A stretch of 64,000 nucleotides of DNA. Origin: Ophelia neglecta (lineage: Eukaryota). Both the position numbers and the translations under genes were made by a program. Positions 60,090-64,000 of this stretch are shown piece after piece; within the stretch, counting starts at the first letter, position 1; every line of letters begins with the position of its first letter. The notes beneath the pieces were generated by a model. It worked only from the letters and a program-made list of their open reading frames with translations. It searched no databases and was not told the origin of the DNA. The DNA lies in assembly GCA_965285935.1 (NCBI GenBank), contig OZ260665.1, positions 84,010,001 to 84,074,000 of the forward strand, read 5' to 3'.

Positions 60090-63000
60090 TTTCTTTACAT
60101 ATTTTATTTGTTCAATGAAGTCATTATAGACTTGTACATTGTACAGTGATGATCCTGATGCATGTACGTAATCAGGAGTAGCAATAGTTTAAGATACAAT
60201 ATAATTATCAACTTTATACATAGAATCGTATACATATATATATCAATACAAAATAAATATATAAAATATGCTTTTTACATACATTCACTGGTTTCCATGA
60301 ATTTTCAAAGCTTTATCTATGAATATAGCTAGGTTGTTTAATATTTTCTTATTAGAGCAGTTCAACAATTTAATGAGTTTGTGCATACTAGGTCGTACTC
60401 TGTAGTATGGACGGATATATTGTAAGCGTAATTGCTCATACAAAACACATTCAAATATTATATGATATTCATCCTCAATCAGATTACATTGTGTACACAA
60501 CCTTTGATTATACGGTATTGGGTCCCTACCCCAGGCTCCCACCTCAACGTTTAGTCTATGATTTCTCGTTCTTAGTTTACACAGGGTGATCACACGTTTG
60601 TTTTCAAGACCACAGGAAATATAATTTGGTACAGTGGTTAAGCTAGATTCTTCAGTAAGTCCCCTGTAAAATAACCCTTTAGAGGAAGAAGTCAACTGTG
60701 CCATTATACCCTGCTGGGCTGTGTCATGTAGCCTTTGCTTGAACACAGCAAGAAACACTTTATCATTACCGGGGCCTTGAGCATCCCATACGACACCAAA
60801 CCCATGTACAAATAATAAAGATTTGACATTTTGCACCCACTTAGTGGGACCATTGTTTTTTATAATCTGGAATGTCTTGTATGTCAACCTGTTTTCGTCC
60901 ATTCTAATAACTTTCAACCAATATTTGACAATTTGAGTATACCTTACTATATACATTGGCACTCTACCAAGTTCCTTATAAACAAACTCGTTTTTTGTAC
61001 TACTGCGCAAGCACATTAACTTTTTACAAAAGGCTAAATGAACTCTCTCAATGTCCATAGCAGCGTGAAAACCCCATACTTCAGCACCATAACTTAATAC
61101 AGGTAATATAAGCTTGTCAAAGAGCTGTAGTTTTTCCTTAACTGAAAAGTTAAACTTATACACATACTGGTGATATTTAAATAGAGCTTTCCGTGCTTGA
61201 CCGGCAATGGTTTTCTGCGCAATGTTCCAGTTACCATTACAAGAAAAGACCACACCTAAATAGCAAAACTGTTTTACAATTTCTAATTCGGTACCATTAT
61301 AACTAAAACGAACTTGTCTGTGATTATGACCTTTTCTAAACACTACTACTTTAGTCTTATCAGTATTAAGGACTAGTTTCCACCTGGTACAGTACTGAGC
61401 TAAGACATCGAGGCCTTTCTGCAGCCCCTCTGGTGACTCAGCTAAAATTGCTGCATCGTCCGCATATAACAATATATAAAGTTTCAGATATACCACACTT
61501 ATACCGGTCACATCGTCGCATTTAGACAATTCTTCCTCCAAATCATTTATATACATGGCGAACAGAAAAGGTGAGATACACTCTCCTTGTCTAACCCCTG
61601 AGACACAATCAAAGCTGTTACTTATGTTTCCATTGTGGTCCCTAACCACTGACTTAACCTGAGAATACATACTTTGGATCACACGTAACATTTTACCGGT
61701 GACACCTAATTTAATAAGCTTATACCACAAACCGTCTCTGTTTATATAATCGAAAGCTTTCCTAAAATCAATAAACGCACAGTATAACGATTTTCTCTCT
61801 TTCAAGAAGTACTCGATTAATCCGTTCAATACAAAAATGTTGTCCAATGTGCCGTACCCAGGTCTGAACCCTGCCTGGCCCTCTACATACACACCATAGG
61901 TTTCTGCCCATTTAGAGAGTCTGTTGTTTAAAACTCTTGTAAACAATTTACTGACAACACTTAATAGGGTGATACCTCTGTAGTTTGACACATCGTGTAT
62001 ACTGCCTTTCTTATGTATAGGCATAATTATACCATTTGTCCAGCTTTTAGGGAAAACACCGGAGTTGAAGATGTCATTAAACAAGATCAGTAAAGACGGC
62101 AGCAGTTCATAACTGTACATCAAAATTTCATTAATTACCATATCTTCTCCGGAACTCTTGTTAGTTTCAAGCTGACGGACTGCTGCCCGCAACTCCTCGA
62201 GGCTAATTTCTCTATCAAGTTCGTGATACATAGGGTCACTAAAGTCTTGTCCATTAACAAAATGCTGTACATCATCTCCTATTTCAAAATCTTCCATATT
62301 ATCAGGGTTATTTACCGACCGAAAAAAGTCATGAAACTCCTCTAATGATATATTAGGATGTTTTTGGGTGCTTGGTAGGTATACCAAACCTTATTGGACA
62401 ATGGTCGCTGTGTTGATTGGCATCTTCTACAACAAAAGATTTAACTATTTCAAGGGTGTCATGTTTAGTTAGTACATAATCTACTACACTAGAGCCATTT
62501 GTTGTGTGACAAGTATACTGGCCTACGCTGGCATCTTGGCCAACTCTGCCATTTACAATTCTAAGGCCGGTCTCTATACACAAATCAAGCAGCTTTTGAC
62601 CATATGCATTGACAATTACCTTGTCCTTAGACTTACGTGGTAACACTGGGTCATTATTATAGTCTTCAGCCAAAGGCAAATAAACACAGTTATCAAAAGT
62701 AACAAAGTCATTTTTCTCCCCTGTTCGGGCATTAAAATCCCCCGCAATAATGTATACCTGGTTACCAGGGGATGAGTTTTCTAATTCAACAATATAATCT
62801 TCTAAAATACTAAATACATCTATAGATTGTGCGGCCCTAGGAGAATCAATTGGAACATTATAAACTAGAGCTAACAATACGTCTTTGTCAATTCTGAAGA
62901 AATTTTTTGACAAACTAAGCCACATTACGGTATCATCTACTGACTTGACAAATTTAATTCCCTTGGCTATGCTAGATCTAAAATATACACCAATGCCACC

Positions 63001-63600
63001 AGAAAACCTTTTTGCTGTTTTGCTTAAACATGATCTGTGTGCAAAAAAGTTATCATAGCCTGGAAGTTCCAAATTCTGAATATCATTAGACCACGTCTCT
63101 GTCAGAAGGATTATATCACATTGGTTAAATATATCGAGAACGTCAGGATCTTGCAGTTTCGAATAATTTTTGAATACGAGACCTCTAATGTTCAACACTA
63201 GTAAAGTCAGTTTCTTACATGCGTCTGCGGCGTTCTCCTATACATGTCTGTCTGGCTTTTGTTGTTGTTCAGTCGGCTGGCCTGGTGTCCCGGCTGGTTG
63301 CTGTGCTTCTTGATGTTGTCCTGGTATTCTGGCTGGTTGCTGAGCTGTTTGATAGGGAGAAGCGGCGATCGGCTGTTGTCCACCTGCAGCCGTTGGTTGT
63401 TGGTTGACCCCGGGAGGTTCCTGAGTCTGTTGCAGAGTAGGGTTTGGCAGAGGACCAGGCGCCCTGGTCATATCATCCGCCCTGCCCTGCTCGTCTCCCA
63501 TCTGAACTTAATGTCAGATCAATCACGTTGTCGGCAGAACTGGGGACGCTGGCGGGTGCAGGGTTCAATCGAGGTTGTGATATTTAAAACGATCTTCGCA
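60090..63600 (-). mobile_element. RTEX-like LINE: ORF1 remnant, endonuclease (63198-62353), RT with C-terminal CCHC (62387-60285), and 3' UTR
   Basis: EN motifs LNIRGL, LTETW, GDFNARTG, VVDY and SDHCPI. RT motifs NYRGITLLS, FIDFRKAFD, GVRQGECISPFLF and YADD. C-terminal HRLNVEVG..RLCTQC..EDEYHIIFEC. 3' UTR hairpin tcctgat..atcagga and AATAAA at ~60104. Confidence 0.92.
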
Positions 63601-64000
63601 ATGCGCCATAATACCCCAAGAAAAATAACTCTGACCCGTAGAAATTGAGGCCCCCGCCCAGCAAAAAGGAACTTGGCGCAAATTAGCTATTTTCTATAGC
63701 TTGTCAAAACACTTCCCCGGCCTTGACTCGAGGATATTACCACCGATCTGTCGGGGATTTCCGCCATCAAACGGAAAAATCCGAACGCCAAGCATGCGTC
63801 TGTCGGCATTCATCAATGGAAGATATGCAGATATGCATAAATGATTTTACTACGTCTCCCTGATTGGCATTCTTAAGGTCTCCCTTGCAAAATGGGTTTA
63901 AGTATTTAGCTAGGAATAGGTTTTCTTACAGCCGAAAGGTACATTTTTATCGATTGGATTTTAACATCCGCCATTCGTTTGGTTATCTTAAACCGAATCC

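Overview
This is AT-rich, intron-containing animal DNA, probably from a mollusc or other lophotrochozoan, judged from its SINE, HINE and MITE types and its protein families. There are no prokaryotic features and no CRISPR array. I can reconstruct five host genes, each with GT-AG junctions whose phases agree where coding exons join. (1) The last exon of a Crypton-derived, apparently catalytically dead tyrosine-recombinase-fold (DUF3504-like) protein (+, 1908-2667). (2) and (3) Two tandem paralogous C2H2 zinc-finger genes (-, 7918-11095 and 15600-17348). (4) A divergently transcribed 368-aa protein with an unnamed N-terminal domain and a zipper-less bZIP-like basic C-terminus (+, 23057-26310). 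(5) A 307-aa LDLa/transmembrane/PPxY protein with no signal peptide and a 4x SRSWYD repeat (+, 32927-40461). The rest is dominated by mobile DNA: a decayed element encoding a FEN1/PIN-like nuclease (27.8-30.9 kb), L1/Tx1-, L2- and RTEX-like LINEs, a tRNA-derived SINE family, about a dozen copies of a TA-flanked MITE carrying GLI-type motifs, a palindromic MITE carrying CTCF-type motifs, Harbinger-like and other MITEs, and several minisatellites. All family assignments come from motif recognition by eye; no database search was run.
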